A DNA stretch of 64,000 nucleotides from Polyangia bacterium (GTDB lineage: Bacteria; Myxococcota_A; Polyangia; JAAYKL01): assembly GCA_050304755.1 (NCBI GenBank), contig JBNLED010000252.1, forward strand, positions 2,210 through 66,209, read 5' to 3'. A program made the translations under genes and the position numbers. Below the pieces are notes generated by a model that saw only the letters and a program-made list of their open reading frames with translations, was not told the origin of the DNA and ran no database searches. Below are positions 52,330 through 62,459 of this stretch, in pieces (the first letter of the stretch is position 1; each line of letters starts with the position of its first letter).

Positions 52330-53871
52330 ATGAAGAAAATGCTCGGACGCTTACTCGATAACAAATACAAGGTGATCCGCCTGATAGGACGGGGCGGCAT
52401 GGGGACGGTGTATGAGGCCGAGCATATCATCCTGAACCGCCGGGTGGCCATCAAGGTGCTCCTCCCCATGTACTCGAGCAACACCGCGGCGGTGAAGCGG
52501 TTCATCCGGGAGGGCCAGGCCGCCAGCGCCATCGAGCACCCCAATATCGTCGATGTGTTGGACTTCTGCCGGGAGTCTGACGGCACGGTCTACATCGTAA
52601 TGGAGCTTCTGAAGGGGGTGTCGCTGAAGGTGCTGCTCGACCAGCGGGGCGCCCTCCCGGTCGCCCAGGTGGTGTCCATTTCGTTCCAGGTACTCTCAGC
52701 GCTCCAGGCGGCCCATGTCAAGGGCATCATCCATCGCGACCTGAAACCGGAGAACATCTTTCTCTCGGCGACCCCCGGCGGTGAGCAGGTCAAGATCGTC
52801 GATTTCGGGATCGCGAAGTTCAAGGAGATCGCCGGTGGGCCCATCGAGCTGACCCGCACCGGCAGCGTCCCCGGGACCCCCAACTACCTGTCGCCGGAGC
52901 TGGCCAGCGGGGGAAAGAACGCCGACGAGCGGATCGACATCTGGGCCATGGGGGTGGTCCTCTACGAGATGTTGACGGGGCGGGTTCCGTTCGTGGGGGA
53001 CAACTACAATGAGGTGATCAGTATGATCCTCATGTCCCCCGTGGTGCCGGTGCGGGAGCTCTCCACCGATGTTCCGGAGGGCCTCGCCCAGATCGTCGAG
53101 AAGGCGTTGGCGAAGCGCAAGGAAGAGCGTTTCGCGAGCGCGGATGAGATGTACGAAGCCCTGCTCCCGTTCCGCGGGACCGGGGGGGGGGCTCTCCGGA
53201 CGACCAACGTGTTGCTCGGTCAGACGTCCGGATCGGGGACGAACCCCAGCTATCCTCAGATCTCGGCGCTCTCCAATAATGTGAGTCGAAGCAGCGACTC
53301 CATGATCCTGGCCATGACGGACTCCCGGCCGAGTCGTCCCAGGCGATCTGTTTGGACCCTGCTCAGCATTATCGCGGTCATCGTCTCCGGCGCGGTCGGG
53401 GTTGTGTTCGGCGTCTCCATCAATGACAAGGCGCCCCCGAACCACGAAGCCGGGGAACCTTCGGTCAAGGCGTCACCGGATCCCGAACCGACGGTTCCTC
53501 CCGAGACGCCATCGGTCGCGGCCGAGAAGAGCGCGGAGAAAGCGGCGCCGACGATGGTGACCATCGACATGGAGGGGCTCCCGCCGCGGTCTCGAATTAC
53601 GGTTGACGGCGTCGCGCAAAAACTGCCCCTCAAGGTGGCCCGTTCGGACTCTCCTACGGTGTTGAAGGTGAAAGCGCCGGGGTATGCCCCCCACGAGGCG
53701 TCGGTCATCCCGACTCATGACCGTAGGTTGTCGATTAATTTGAAGAAACTGAAGCCGAAGGGCAAGCGTCCAAAAGCAAAGAACGATACAAAGACAAAAG
53801 ACGATGCAAAGACCAAGCCCCCGAAAGAGGGGGAGAAGTGGCGTAACAATCCGTTTGCGGAGGGGTCATAG
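52330..53871 (+). CDS. Membrane Ser/Thr protein kinase, paralogue of 48997-50559
   Basis: IGRGGMG, HRDLKPEN, DFGIAK, GTPNYLSPE; TM; PEGA-like domain. Confidence 0.93.
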   Translation: MKKMLGRLLDNKYKVIRLIGRGGMGTVYEAEHIILNRRVAIKVLLPMYSSNTAAVKRFIREGQAASAIEHPNIVDVLDFCRESDGTVYIVMELLKGVSLKVLLDQRGALPVAQVVSISFQVLSALQAAHVKGIIHRDLKPENIFLSATPGGEQVKIVDFGIAKFKEIAGGPIELTRTGSVPGTPNYLSPELASGGKNADERIDIWAMGVVLYEMLTGRVPFVGDNYNEVISMILMSPVVPVRELSTDVPEGLAQIVEKALAKRKEERFASADEMYEALLPFRGTGGGALRTTNVLLGQTSGSGTNPSYPQISALSNNVSRSSDSMILAMTDSRPSRPRRSVWTLLSIIAVIVSGAVGVVFGVSINDKAPPNHEAGEPSVKASPDPEPTVPPETPSVAAEKSAEKAAPTMVTIDMEGLPPRSRITVDGVAQKLPLKVARSDSPTVLKVKAPGYAPHEASVIPTHDRRLSINLKKLKPKGKRPKAKNDTKTKDDAKTKPPKEGEKWRNNPFAEGS

Positions 53872-53933
53872 CGGATGTCGCGGCGTGTTGAACACAGTGT
53901 GCTATACTTCTTCGTTACTCGAAGGCGAACGCG

Positions 53934-55421
53934 ATGAGCAAAGACGGATCCAACCGGAATTCAGACCTTTCATCAGTGATGTTTGCCCTGGAAACGTCGA
54001 CAGGACTGGTGAATCATCGTGCCGATGAGCAGCCCTCATCCGGGACGCTGCTGGAATCCACCTATATACAGAACAAACGGGAGCCCAAGGCCTATGTGCT
54101 GTTTCTGAGAGACTTCTCGACGCCTTCGGCGCTCATCGAGCAGACCCTGAAGCAGTCGGGGATACATGTTACGGTTGTTCAGGACACGGCGCATTTGTCC
54201 GAGGAGTGGGAGACGGGCGTCTACGGACTGCTCCTCCTCGACCATTCCCTGCCGTTGAAGGAGCGCATGGCGCTCCTCGACGCACACAAGGCGCGCTTTC
54301 ACTCCCAACCCATCGTTATGATCTTCGAGCCCGGCGCCGGTCAGGAAGCGATCGATGCGAAAAGAAAAGGCGCGGATGAATGCCTCGTTCGGGATCCGCA
54401 CGGCGAATACCTGCTCCTCATTACCACCATCGTCGAGAAGCTCGCTGAGCCGCCCAACATCAACACCACGGCGGAGCTCACCGGACCAGCCCGCGTGGAT
54501 CGAGAGGAGGTCACGGATCAGGTGGATCTGAGACCCCTCGCCGCGGAGGTCCGCGGGGCCGCGATGGAGAGCCAGACGGCCTGCCTGGTGGTCCTCGCCG
54601 GACCGGACGTGGGGACGGTGACCCGGATGGAGGGGATATGTGTTATCGGCCGGGACCCCTCCTGTCAGCTGCGGCTGAAGGACGAGAGCATCTCCCGGTT
54701 TCACGCCAGCATCAAACAGCACAAGAACGGCGCGGTCACCATCAAGGACCTGGACAGCACCAACGGGACCTACGTCAACGGGAAACGGCAGCAGGTTGCG
54801 AACTTGAGAGACGGCGAGAAGATTCTCCTCGGACAGGATACGCTGATAAGGTATCAGATCCAGGACGCCATCGAGCAGAGCTACCACGACGAGCTGTACA
54901 TTTATTCCACCCGGGACGGGCTCACCGGGCTGTGCAATCGGCGGTGCGCGACGGAACGGATCAAGGCGAACCTCTCCTACGCGAAACGCCATCGCTGCCC
55001 TGTGTCCCTCATGATGCTGGACATCGATCACTTCAAGCGCATCAACGACACCTACGGGCACCAGGCCGGAGACCTGGTGCTCGTCACGATCGCCAACGTC
55101 ATGCTCGCCACCATCCGGGAGGAGGACGTGCTGGGACGGTTCGGCGGCGAGGAGTTCATCCTCTTCGCTCTGGACACGCCCCTCGACAAGGCCCGGATCT
55201 TCGCCGAGCGGGTTCGGCGGAAGATCGAAGACGAGATTATCGTCCTCGAAGGGGATCCGCGGAGCATTCGCGTAACGATGAGCATCGGCGTGATCACCAT
55301 CACCCCGGACGGGGACTATGATCTGGACCAGCTCATCAGCCAGGCGGACATCAACCTCTACAAGGCCAAGGACGGCGGGCGAAACCGCGTCGTCGCCTCG
55401 GAGTCGATACTGGCCAACTGA
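53934..55421 (+). CDS. Diguanylate cyclase with REC-like, FHA and GGDEF domains
   Basis: FHA motifs IGR, ISRFH, STNGT; DIDHFKRINDTYGH; RxxD I-site (REED) and GGEEF. Confidence 0.92.
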   Translation: MSKDGSNRNSDLSSVMFALETSTGLVNHRADEQPSSGTLLESTYIQNKREPKAYVLFLRDFSTPSALIEQTLKQSGIHVTVVQDTAHLSEEWETGVYGLLLLDHSLPLKERMALLDAHKARFHSQPIVMIFEPGAGQEAIDAKRKGADECLVRDPHGEYLLLITTIVEKLAEPPNINTTAELTGPARVDREEVTDQVDLRPLAAEVRGAAMESQTACLVVLAGPDVGTVTRMEGICVIGRDPSCQLRLKDESISRFHASIKQHKNGAVTIKDLDSTNGTYVNGKRQQVANLRDGEKILLGQDTLIRYQIQDAIEQSYHDELYIYSTRDGLTGLCNRRCATERIKANLSYAKRHRCPVSLMMLDIDHFKRINDTYGHQAGDLVLVTIANVMLATIREEDVLGRFGGEEFILFALDTPLDKARIFAERVRRKIEDEIIVLEGDPRSIRVTMSIGVITITPDGDYDLDQLISQADINLYKAKDGGRNRVVASESILAN

Positions 55422-55461
55422 CGCTCCCCTGCCCGCGGGCGAGTACGGGCCCGTGGGAGGC

Positions 55462-56730
55462 CTATTCAGGCGGCGCGGGGCAGCCAATCCCATTCATCTT
55501 CTCTATCGTCTGATCCCGTTTGGCGCTGTAGGCGCTTGTCTTGGCGGTGTTCCCCTTCTTCTCGTAGGCGTCGCGCTTCGCGGTGAAGTGCTTCAGCTTT
55601 TTCTTCAGGGCCTTGCACTTCTTCTCGTCCGCCCGCGACAACCCCGCCGCGGCCGTGGCGTCGCCGGCGGCCGTGGCGCCCGCTTCGGTCGCTGCCGGGG
55701 ACTCCGAGGGCCCGACCTCTTCTATCGGTTCCTCCTCCGGCGCCGGTGCCACCGCCGCCTCGACGTTCGCGGGCGGCGTCTCTTGGATCGGGGACATCGC
55801 GAGGGAGTACTCCTCCTCGGTGACATCGAGCGCCTTGAGCAGATCGGAGAGGGGGGCCGTGGCGTTCGGAAAGAGCGCGGGGATCTGGGCCTTCTTCAGC
55901 CGATCCCCGAGCCGCTTGAACCGCTTCACGTATCGCTTGAGCCGGCGCCCCGACTCCCGGATTCGCGCTATCTCTTTCGGGGACATCTCCGTGATCTTCT
56001 CCAGCACCCCCAGTAGCGCGAAGCTGCAGCTCTCCTTGGCCCCCTTCTTGAACCGATCCACCTCGGACCCCTCGGTTGCCGCCTCAGTGAGCTCCCGGGT
56101 GATCGCCACGGCGTCCAGCAGCTCTCCCAGTGTCCTCATGGCCTGCTTCGCGGTCTCCATATCGGAGATGCTGTCGCACGTCATAATGAGGTTGCGGAGC
56201 GCCTGCAATCGATCCGTCTGGGTGGTCCGCTCCTCGAGCAGCCGGTTCGCGGCCCCGATTTTCTCCGTGAACGCGCCGTTCAACAGGGGGGCGTTGCACA
56301 GCTCGTCGATCTCCTTCAGCTCCTTCTGGTGCGGCGCGCACTCGTCCCCGAGGCAGATCTGCGCGTTCATCACCTTCTCCAGGCGGCTGTTGCAGGTGAC
56401 GGTCAACATCTCCACCCGCCGTTTGTCCTCGCTGCACGACTGGGCGTTCTTGAGCTTGGTGTTGATCTCATGCTGCTCTTCCCGGGTCGCGGTGGCTTCG
56501 CACTCGTCCCGCCATCTCGTCACCTGGCTCTCGAAGTGGTTGACCATCAGCGGGCTGCAGATCTCGTCCGCCTGCTTCTCCCGAAGCTCCTGCAGCGTGT
56601 CGGCGCACCCCTTGGCCTCCGGCGATACCCCTCCGCAACCGAGGGCGCCGATCGCGAGCATCGCCAGCGACCTGTATCGGACGAAAAGCCGTCTGCAACC
56701 TGAGTCGTCTCGTCTCATTGGCTTCCCCAT
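55462..56730 (-). CDS. Hypothetical Cys-containing helical lipoprotein
   Basis: Lipobox ALGC, coiled-coil-like segments with spaced Cys; overlaps the upstream gene end; start uncertain. Confidence 0.65.
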   Translation of the reverse strand: MGKPMRRDDSGCRRLFVRYRSLAMLAIGALGCGGVSPEAKGCADTLQELREKQADEICSPLMVNHFESQVTRWRDECEATATREEQHEINTKLKNAQSCSEDKRRVEMLTVTCNSRLEKVMNAQICLGDECAPHQKELKEIDELCNAPLLNGAFTEKIGAANRLLEERTTQTDRLQALRNLIMTCDSISDMETAKQAMRTLGELLDAVAITRELTEAATEGSEVDRFKKGAKESCSFALLGVLEKITEMSPKEIARIRESGRRLKRYVKRFKRLGDRLKKAQIPALFPNATAPLSDLLKALDVTEEEYSLAMSPIQETPPANVEAAVAPAPEEEPIEEVGPSESPAATEAGATAAGDATAAAGLSRADEKKCKALKKKLKHFTAKRDAYEKKGNTAKTSAYSAKRDQTIEKMNGIGCPAPPE

Positions 56731-57701
56731 ATTTCCCCCTCGAAGGTTAATGCGAGTATCAGGTTCGGCAGGGCCTGCGGAACGTCCTGCCCCGTCCGGA
56801 ACCGGTGCTTGAGCCACCAGGCGGCGATGAACAGGAGGGTGGGCCGATTGAAGAGCCTCTCGGGCTTGTCGTAGAAGACATAGGCCAGCAGCGGCCCCAG
56901 GCTGACGGTCGGGGTGTTGATGTTGGCCCCCGGCTCTCCCGGCGCGAAGTGTTCCGCGTTGTAGAACGAATGCACCAGCGATGAGGTGACGCCGCCGATG
57001 AACCCGAAGTCGGTGAGGTAGAGCAGGCTCGCGTCGTTCCTGAGAATCCAGCCCCGGTTGCCGACCATGACATCGTAGTGAATGGAGTAGAAGGACACGT
57101 CGCCCTCCCTGAGATCCTGCGCTTCCCAGTGGGCGTTGATGTCGTCGCTGATGACGATGGGGCCCACCTTCGCGATGAGCTCGGCCGTCAACTGGAGCTC
57201 GTGGCCAGTGGTGGCGTAGTTCTCCTCGTCGTCGCGCCGGCGCTCGAGGGCCGTGTCCGAGTGGTCCGCCCGCGCTGACGGGAAGGACTGCAGGTAGCCG
57301 AAGTTGCCGTACCAGAGGTAGTAGGCGTATTGCGCCTTCAGGGTGACCACCGCCAGGGGCTTGACCACAATCGTCGCCCCGATCTGGGTCAGCGCGGGGT
57401 TGATACTCGGGGTGAACCCCACGCCCACATGAGCGTCTCGAAAGAGGACCCCGGGGTCGTCATAGAGCCGCAGCCGGTACCTGAGGTCGATGCGATCCTC
57501 CAGCCCCAGGGGATTGTACATCACCCCGAAGACATTGCCGTAGGTGATGCGATGGCGGGGCAGGGGCGTCTCCTCGGGGCTTTCCGAGGCGGCGGGCTCC
57601 TCCCGGGGGGGTTCGTCCGTGCGCGCGGGGCGGCTCGCGAGCCCCACTGTGCCCAGTACCAGACATGTCATCCATCGCATTAACATGAAGTTGTGTCGCA
57701 T
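56715..57701 (-). CDS. Hypothetical exported/outer-membrane protein
   Basis: Signal peptide, YNPLGL motif, beta-strand-rich. Confidence 0.65.
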   Translation of the reverse strand: MRHNFMLMRWMTCLVLGTVGLASRPARTDEPPREEPAASESPEETPLPRHRITYGNVFGVMYNPLGLEDRIDLRYRLRLYDDPGVLFRDAHVGVGFTPSINPALTQIGATIVVKPLAVVTLKAQYAYYLWYGNFGYLQSFPSARADHSDTALERRRDDEENYATTGHELQLTAELIAKVGPIVISDDINAHWEAQDLREGDVSFYSIHYDVMVGNRGWILRNDASLLYLTDFGFIGGVTSSLVHSFYNAEHFAPGEPGANINTPTVSLGPLLAYVFYDKPERLFNRPTLLFIAAWWLKHRFRTGQDVPQALPNLILALTFEGEIWGSQ

Positions 57702-57767
57702 TCGAATTAAAGTCTAGAATGGGGGGCCGGGGGCGTCAAATCGGAGGGAAAATGGGGGCGGAAAAGG

Positions 57768-59348
57768 CTACCTTGAAGGCGCGTATTTTTCGATGATGCG
57801 CCGGGCGGCGTTCAGTCCGTCGAGGGCGGAGCTCATAATGCCGCCGGCGTACCCCGCCCCTTCTCCCGCCGGAAAGATCCCGGATATCGTCGGGGTCTCC
57901 AGGGTCCCGGGGTGGCGGAGGATGCGGACCGGAGACGACGCGCGGGACTCCGGCGCCAGGGCCGCGGCGCCGGGGTGCAGGTATCCCGGAATCCGACGAT
58001 CGAACTGTTCGAGGGCCGATCGCAACGGACGGCTCACGAAAGGCGGGAGGATCTCATCCAGCCGGGCCCGTTTGACCCCGAGGCGGTAGCTGGTCTCCGG
58101 GAGGGTCGTCGAGGGGGTTCCCTCGAAGAAGTCCACGAGCCGCTGGGCGGGCGCCCGATAGTCTCCGCCGCCCTGCCGGAAGCAGGTCCGCTCCACGCTC
58201 CTTTGGAATGCCAGGCAGGCGGCGAGGTCCGAGCCCCCGTACACCTCCGGCGTCAGGGTGACCACCATCCCGCTCGAGGCGAACGCCGAATCCCGGCCGC
58301 TCCGGGACATGCCGTTGATGGCCAGATGATCCGGTTCGTTCACCGTGGGCATGGTCTCCCCCCCCGGACACATGCAGAAAGAGAACACCGGCACCCCGTC
58401 CACCCTGGCAGCCAGCTTGTAGTCCGCCGCCCCCAGCGCCGGGTGGCCGGCGGCGGCGCCGAAGCGGGCCCGGTCAATCCATGCCTGTCGATGCTCCACC
58501 CGGATGCCGAGCTGGAAGGGCTTGGGCTCGAGGCGGAGGCCGCACGCGTCGAGGGCGCACCATGTGTCCCGTGCGGAGTGGCCGATGGCGAGTACGAGGA
58601 CGCCGCAGTCCAGCGGTCCGGCCGTGGTGTCCACCCCAGCGACGGCTCCCTGACTCGCGCGGATTCCGTCGACGCGCGTGTTCGTTCTGATCTCCCCTCC
58701 GGCGTCGCGGATACGCCGGACCAGATTGCCCACGACCTCGACGAGTATATCCGTGCCGATATGGGGTTTCGCGTCGATGCGGATGGCGTCGGGGGCGCCA
58801 CAGGCCGCGAAGGTGTCGAGGACGCGGGGGATCCAGGGGTGGTTGAGACCGGTCTTGAGCTTGCCGTCGGAGAAGGTGCCGGCGCCGCCGATCCCGAACA
58901 TGGCGTTGCATTCCCGGTCCGGAAGGCGGGTTTCCCTAAAGCGTCGAAGGGCGTCGATGCGCTCGGTCACGTCCCCGCCGCGCTCGAGGAGCAAGGGCCG
59001 GTATCCGTGCTCGGCCAGGAGGAGGGCGGCGAAGAGCCCGGCGGGCCCACCGCCCACCACCAGCGGCGGCGTCGGGAGGGGGAGGGTGCCGGGGCGGATA
59101 TCCCACGCCGCCGGTTCGGGCGGGGGAACGGCGTCCCGGAGGGCAACGGCAGGCGCCGCGCTCAATTCGACATCAACGCTGTAAATGATTTTAGCAGGGC
59201 GCTTCCTGGCATCGATGCTCCTGCGCACCACCTGGAACGCGTGCATCAGACCCGCGGCGTCGCCGAGTCGTTCCAGAATCCGCCGCTTCAACGCACCGGG
59301 GGTATCGTCGTCATAGCTCAACCGCAGTCCGTGCAGGCGTATCTTCAA
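57768..59348 (-). CDS. FAD-dependent oxidoreductase (uncharacterised HI0933-related family)
   Basis: RRSIDAR, VGGGPAG, GGAGTFSDGKL, PHIGTD, FCMCPGG, GEGAGYAGGIMSSALDG; probable TTG start at 59348. Confidence 0.88.
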   Translation of the reverse strand: MKIRLHGLRLSYDDDTPGALKRRILERLGDAAGLMHAFQVVRRSIDARKRPAKIIYSVDVELSAAPAVALRDAVPPPEPAAWDIRPGTLPLPTPPLVVGGGPAGLFAALLLAEHGYRPLLLERGGDVTERIDALRRFRETRLPDRECNAMFGIGGAGTFSDGKLKTGLNHPWIPRVLDTFAACGAPDAIRIDAKPHIGTDILVEVVGNLVRRIRDAGGEIRTNTRVDGIRASQGAVAGVDTTAGPLDCGVLVLAIGHSARDTWCALDACGLRLEPKPFQLGIRVEHRQAWIDRARFGAAAGHPALGAADYKLAARVDGVPVFSFCMCPGGETMPTVNEPDHLAINGMSRSGRDSAFASSGMVVTLTPEVYGGSDLAACLAFQRSVERTCFRQGGGDYRAPAQRLVDFFEGTPSTTLPETSYRLGVKRARLDEILPPFVSRPLRSALEQFDRRIPGYLHPGAAALAPESRASSPVRILRHPGTLETPTISGIFPAGEGAGYAGGIMSSALDGLNAARRIIEKYAPSR

Positions 59349-59477
59349 CGGGCCCCTCTGTTCCGGCGGCGATTCCGCAGGCCGGTCTCGCGCGCGAATA
59401 TAGCCCTGTTTCGGGGGGATTAATATGTTTTCGCTCCAATTTTCGCCGGGTTCGGTGTAAAAGGTGACACAGATCGA

Positions 59478-60893
59478 ATGACTCAGCGGAGTGACAGAAC
59501 CAGCGGACCGCCCAGAAAGACCATCGTCGCGGTGATATGGTTCATCGCCCTTGGCGGCTCGTTTTTCGTCTACCAGCGGCTCACCGCGGAGCCCTCCTCG
59601 GTGGTGGACGCCCCGCCGGTGGTGACCCCCTGGACCGGAACGCCGGCGACCTTCATCCCGGAAGAGGAGGCGCCGGAGCCATTTCCGGAAGAGGACGAGA
59701 GAGATGTCGCCACTCCCCGTATCGCCCATCAGCCCATCGATGATCCCGGGTCGATGTGCCTGTTCTACAAGGCGCTGAGGGCGCTCGAAACGGAGACCGA
59801 CAAGAATCGACAGGTGAGGATCCTTCACTACGGCGACTCCATCCTCACCACCGATGAGCTCTCCGGGCGGGTCCGGCAGGTGCTGCAGCAACGGTTTGGA
59901 GACGGGGGGCACGGGTTCGTCCTCATGGGAAAGCCGTGGCGTTGGTACCACCACCTGGGGGTCGAGCACGGCGCGAATCACAAGTGGACCCCCCGCCCCC
60001 TCTCGTCCGCCCCGGTGCGGGACGGGCTCTTCGGGCTCGGCGGAGTGGCCTTCGAGACCAGCAACCGGGGGGCCAAGGCCTGGGCCGGCGCCGCCACGGA
60101 TGGGCCGTCGGGGCGTAAGGTGGCCTCCTTCGATCTCTCCTATCTGGCGCAGCCGAGGGGGGGGAGCTTCGAGGTCTACGTCAACGATCAACTCCGCGAG
60201 ACACTCTCCACGAGCGCGGACGCGATAGCGGTCAAGCATCACCTCATCGAGGTCACGCCGGGGGCCTCCAAGCTCTCGGTCCGAACGAACGGAGACGGCG
60301 TGGTAAGGGTCTTCGGCGCGGTTCTGGAGAGCGGCGAGCCCGGGGTGGTGTACGACTCCCTGGCCATCAACGGGGTGCGGACCAGCCTGTTCGACCGGTT
60401 CGACGCCGCCCACTGGAGCGCGGAGCTCAGGCGGCGGAATCCGAGCCTCGTGGTCTTCATGTGCGGCGCGAACGAGGGAAACAACGACGAGCTGGCCCTC
60501 GGATACTACCGGACGCAGCTCGAGGCGGTCATCGGGGCGATTCACGAGGCGGTGCCGGAGGCCGGGTGCCTCGTCGTCGGTCCCCTGGATCAGGCCACGC
60601 GAGGGCCCGACGGTAAGCTGACCTCCAAGAAGATGCCCCGGAAGCTGACCCGGGTTCAGAAGGCGGTGGCCCTCGAGAACCGCTGCGCGTTCTTCAACAC
60701 CTACGAGGCCATGGGGGGGAAGGAGAGCATGGCCAACTGGTATCGGCGGGGGCTCGGCGGCGGCGACTTCATCCATCCCACAGAGCGGGGAGCCAGGAAG
60801 GTCGGATCGTGGCTGGCGGAGGCGCTGCTTGCGGGATATGAAAATTTCGTTTTTAATGGAGAGTCATGCGAACTGAATGCGACTACCTTGTAA
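59478..60893 (+). CDS. SGNH/GDSL hydrolase or O-acetyltransferase (PatB/Ape-like)
   Basis: N-terminal TM, HYGDS, RFGDGGHG, GANE, DFIH. Confidence 0.82.
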   Translation: MTQRSDRTSGPPRKTIVAVIWFIALGGSFFVYQRLTAEPSSVVDAPPVVTPWTGTPATFIPEEEAPEPFPEEDERDVATPRIAHQPIDDPGSMCLFYKALRALETETDKNRQVRILHYGDSILTTDELSGRVRQVLQQRFGDGGHGFVLMGKPWRWYHHLGVEHGANHKWTPRPLSSAPVRDGLFGLGGVAFETSNRGAKAWAGAATDGPSGRKVASFDLSYLAQPRGGSFEVYVNDQLRETLSTSADAIAVKHHLIEVTPGASKLSVRTNGDGVVRVFGAVLESGEPGVVYDSLAINGVRTSLFDRFDAAHWSAELRRRNPSLVVFMCGANEGNNDELALGYYRTQLEAVIGAIHEAVPEAGCLVVGPLDQATRGPDGKLTSKKMPRKLTRVQKAVALENRCAFFNTYEAMGGKESMANWYRRGLGGGDFIHPTERGARKVGSWLAEALLAGYENFVFNGESCELNATTL

Positions 60894-62446
60894 TCGGCAG
60901 CGGAATTGCCGGGTTGACCTTTGCTCGAAAAGTTGCGGGGAAGGGGCGTGTGTATATCCTCGCCAAGACCACCGCCAAGGAGTCATCGACGGAGAAGGCG
61001 CAAGGGGGGATCGCCTCGGTGCTCAGCATCGAGGACACCTTCGAGAACCATATCCAGGATACGCTGGCGGCCGGTCGGGGGCTGTGCAAGCGGGAGGTAG
61101 TGGAGCAATGTGTCATGGATGGCCCCGAGCGAATCCGGGAGCTGGAGACCATCGGCGTCCACTTCTCCATGCGTCAGAACCACCCCGGAGAGCTCGATCT
61201 GGGGAAGGAGGGGGGGCACTCCAAGCGCCGCATCGTTCACGCCACGGACGCCACCGGGAAGGAGATCATGCGGGCGCTGCTCCACGAGGTTCGGCGCCTC
61301 GAAAATGTCCATATTCTGGAGCACCACATGGCCATCGACCTCATCGTGAAGCACCGCGGCACCAAGGACGCAGTCTGCGCGGGCGCCTACGTGCTGGATG
61401 AGAAGACCGGCGAGGTGAATACCCTGCTCGCGCCGGTGACGGTCCTGGCCACGGGGGGCGCGGGGAAGGCGTACCTCTACACCTCCAATCCGGACGTGGC
61501 CACCGGTGACGGTGTGGCCATGGGGTATCGCGCGGGCGCCCGGGTGGCCAACATGGAGTTCTTCCAGTTCCATCCCACCATCCTCTATCACTCCCAGGCC
61601 AAGGGGCAGCTCATCTCGGAAGCGGTTCGGGGGGAGGGGGCCATCCTGCGGAACCGGGAGGGGAGGGCGTTCATGGTCGACTACGACGAGGCCCTGGACC
61701 TGGCGCCGCGGGATGTGGTGGCCCGGGCCATCGACTCAGAGATGAAGCGGAACGGGGAGGACTGCGTCTTTCTTGATACCACCCACCTGGACGCGGAGTT
61801 CCTGAGGAACCGGTTCCCCCATATCCACGCCGCCTGCCTCAATTTCGGGGTGGACATCACCACGGACCCCATCCCGGTGGTGCCGGCGGCCCACTACAGC
61901 TGCGGCGGGTTGCAGACGGATCTGGACGGGCGTTCGTCCATCACCGGCCTCTTCGCCATCGGGGAGGTGGCCGGGACCGGGCTCCACGGCGCCAACCGCC
62001 TCGCCTCCAACTCGCTGCTGGAGGCGCTGGTGTATGCGCACCGCGCGGCGCAGGTGGCCCCGGAGGTGCCGACGCCGGACTATTCGGATATCTCGGACTG
62101 GCAGGTGGGGGACGCGGTCCCCAGCGACGAGGAGGTGGTGGTCTCCCAGGACTGGGACGAGGTGCGCCGGTATATGTGGAACTATGTCGGCATCGTCCGG
62201 TCGGACCGCCGTCTGGCCCGTGCCAAGCGCCGCAGCGACATGATGTTGCAGGAGATCCGGGAGTACTTTTGGAATTACCACGTGACCACCGATCTGCTGG
62301 AGCTCCGCAACATCGCGACAGTGGCGGATCTCATCATCACGTGCGCCATGCACCGGAAGGAGAGCCGGGGGTTGCACTTCACCTCGGACTACCCGGCCGA
62401 AGCCGAAACGGCGGAAGATACGGTGCTTGGCCGCTACAATCTCTGA
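60866..62446 (+). CDS. nadB: L-aspartate oxidase
   Basis: GSGIAG, AQGGIA, EGGHSKRRIVH, QFHPT, LAPRDVVARAI, LHGANRLASNSLLE, ESRGLHF. Confidence 0.95.
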   Translation: MRTECDYLVIGSGIAGLTFARKVAGKGRVYILAKTTAKESSTEKAQGGIASVLSIEDTFENHIQDTLAAGRGLCKREVVEQCVMDGPERIRELETIGVHFSMRQNHPGELDLGKEGGHSKRRIVHATDATGKEIMRALLHEVRRLENVHILEHHMAIDLIVKHRGTKDAVCAGAYVLDEKTGEVNTLLAPVTVLATGGAGKAYLYTSNPDVATGDGVAMGYRAGARVANMEFFQFHPTILYHSQAKGQLISEAVRGEGAILRNREGRAFMVDYDEALDLAPRDVVARAIDSEMKRNGEDCVFLDTTHLDAEFLRNRFPHIHAACLNFGVDITTDPIPVVPAAHYSCGGLQTDLDGRSSITGLFAIGEVAGTGLHGANRLASNSLLEALVYAHRAAQVAPEVPTPDYSDISDWQVGDAVPSDEEVVVSQDWDEVRRYMWNYVGIVRSDRRLARAKRRSDMMLQEIREYFWNYHVTTDLLELRNIATVADLIITCAMHRKESRGLHFTSDYPAEAETAEDTVLGRYNL

Positions 62447-62459
62447 GAAGGTGACGCGA

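Noticed and set aside
59349-60776. 1002-aa version of the FAD oxidoreductase
   Set aside because: The extension is antisense to the SGNH gene; family similarity begins near 59348
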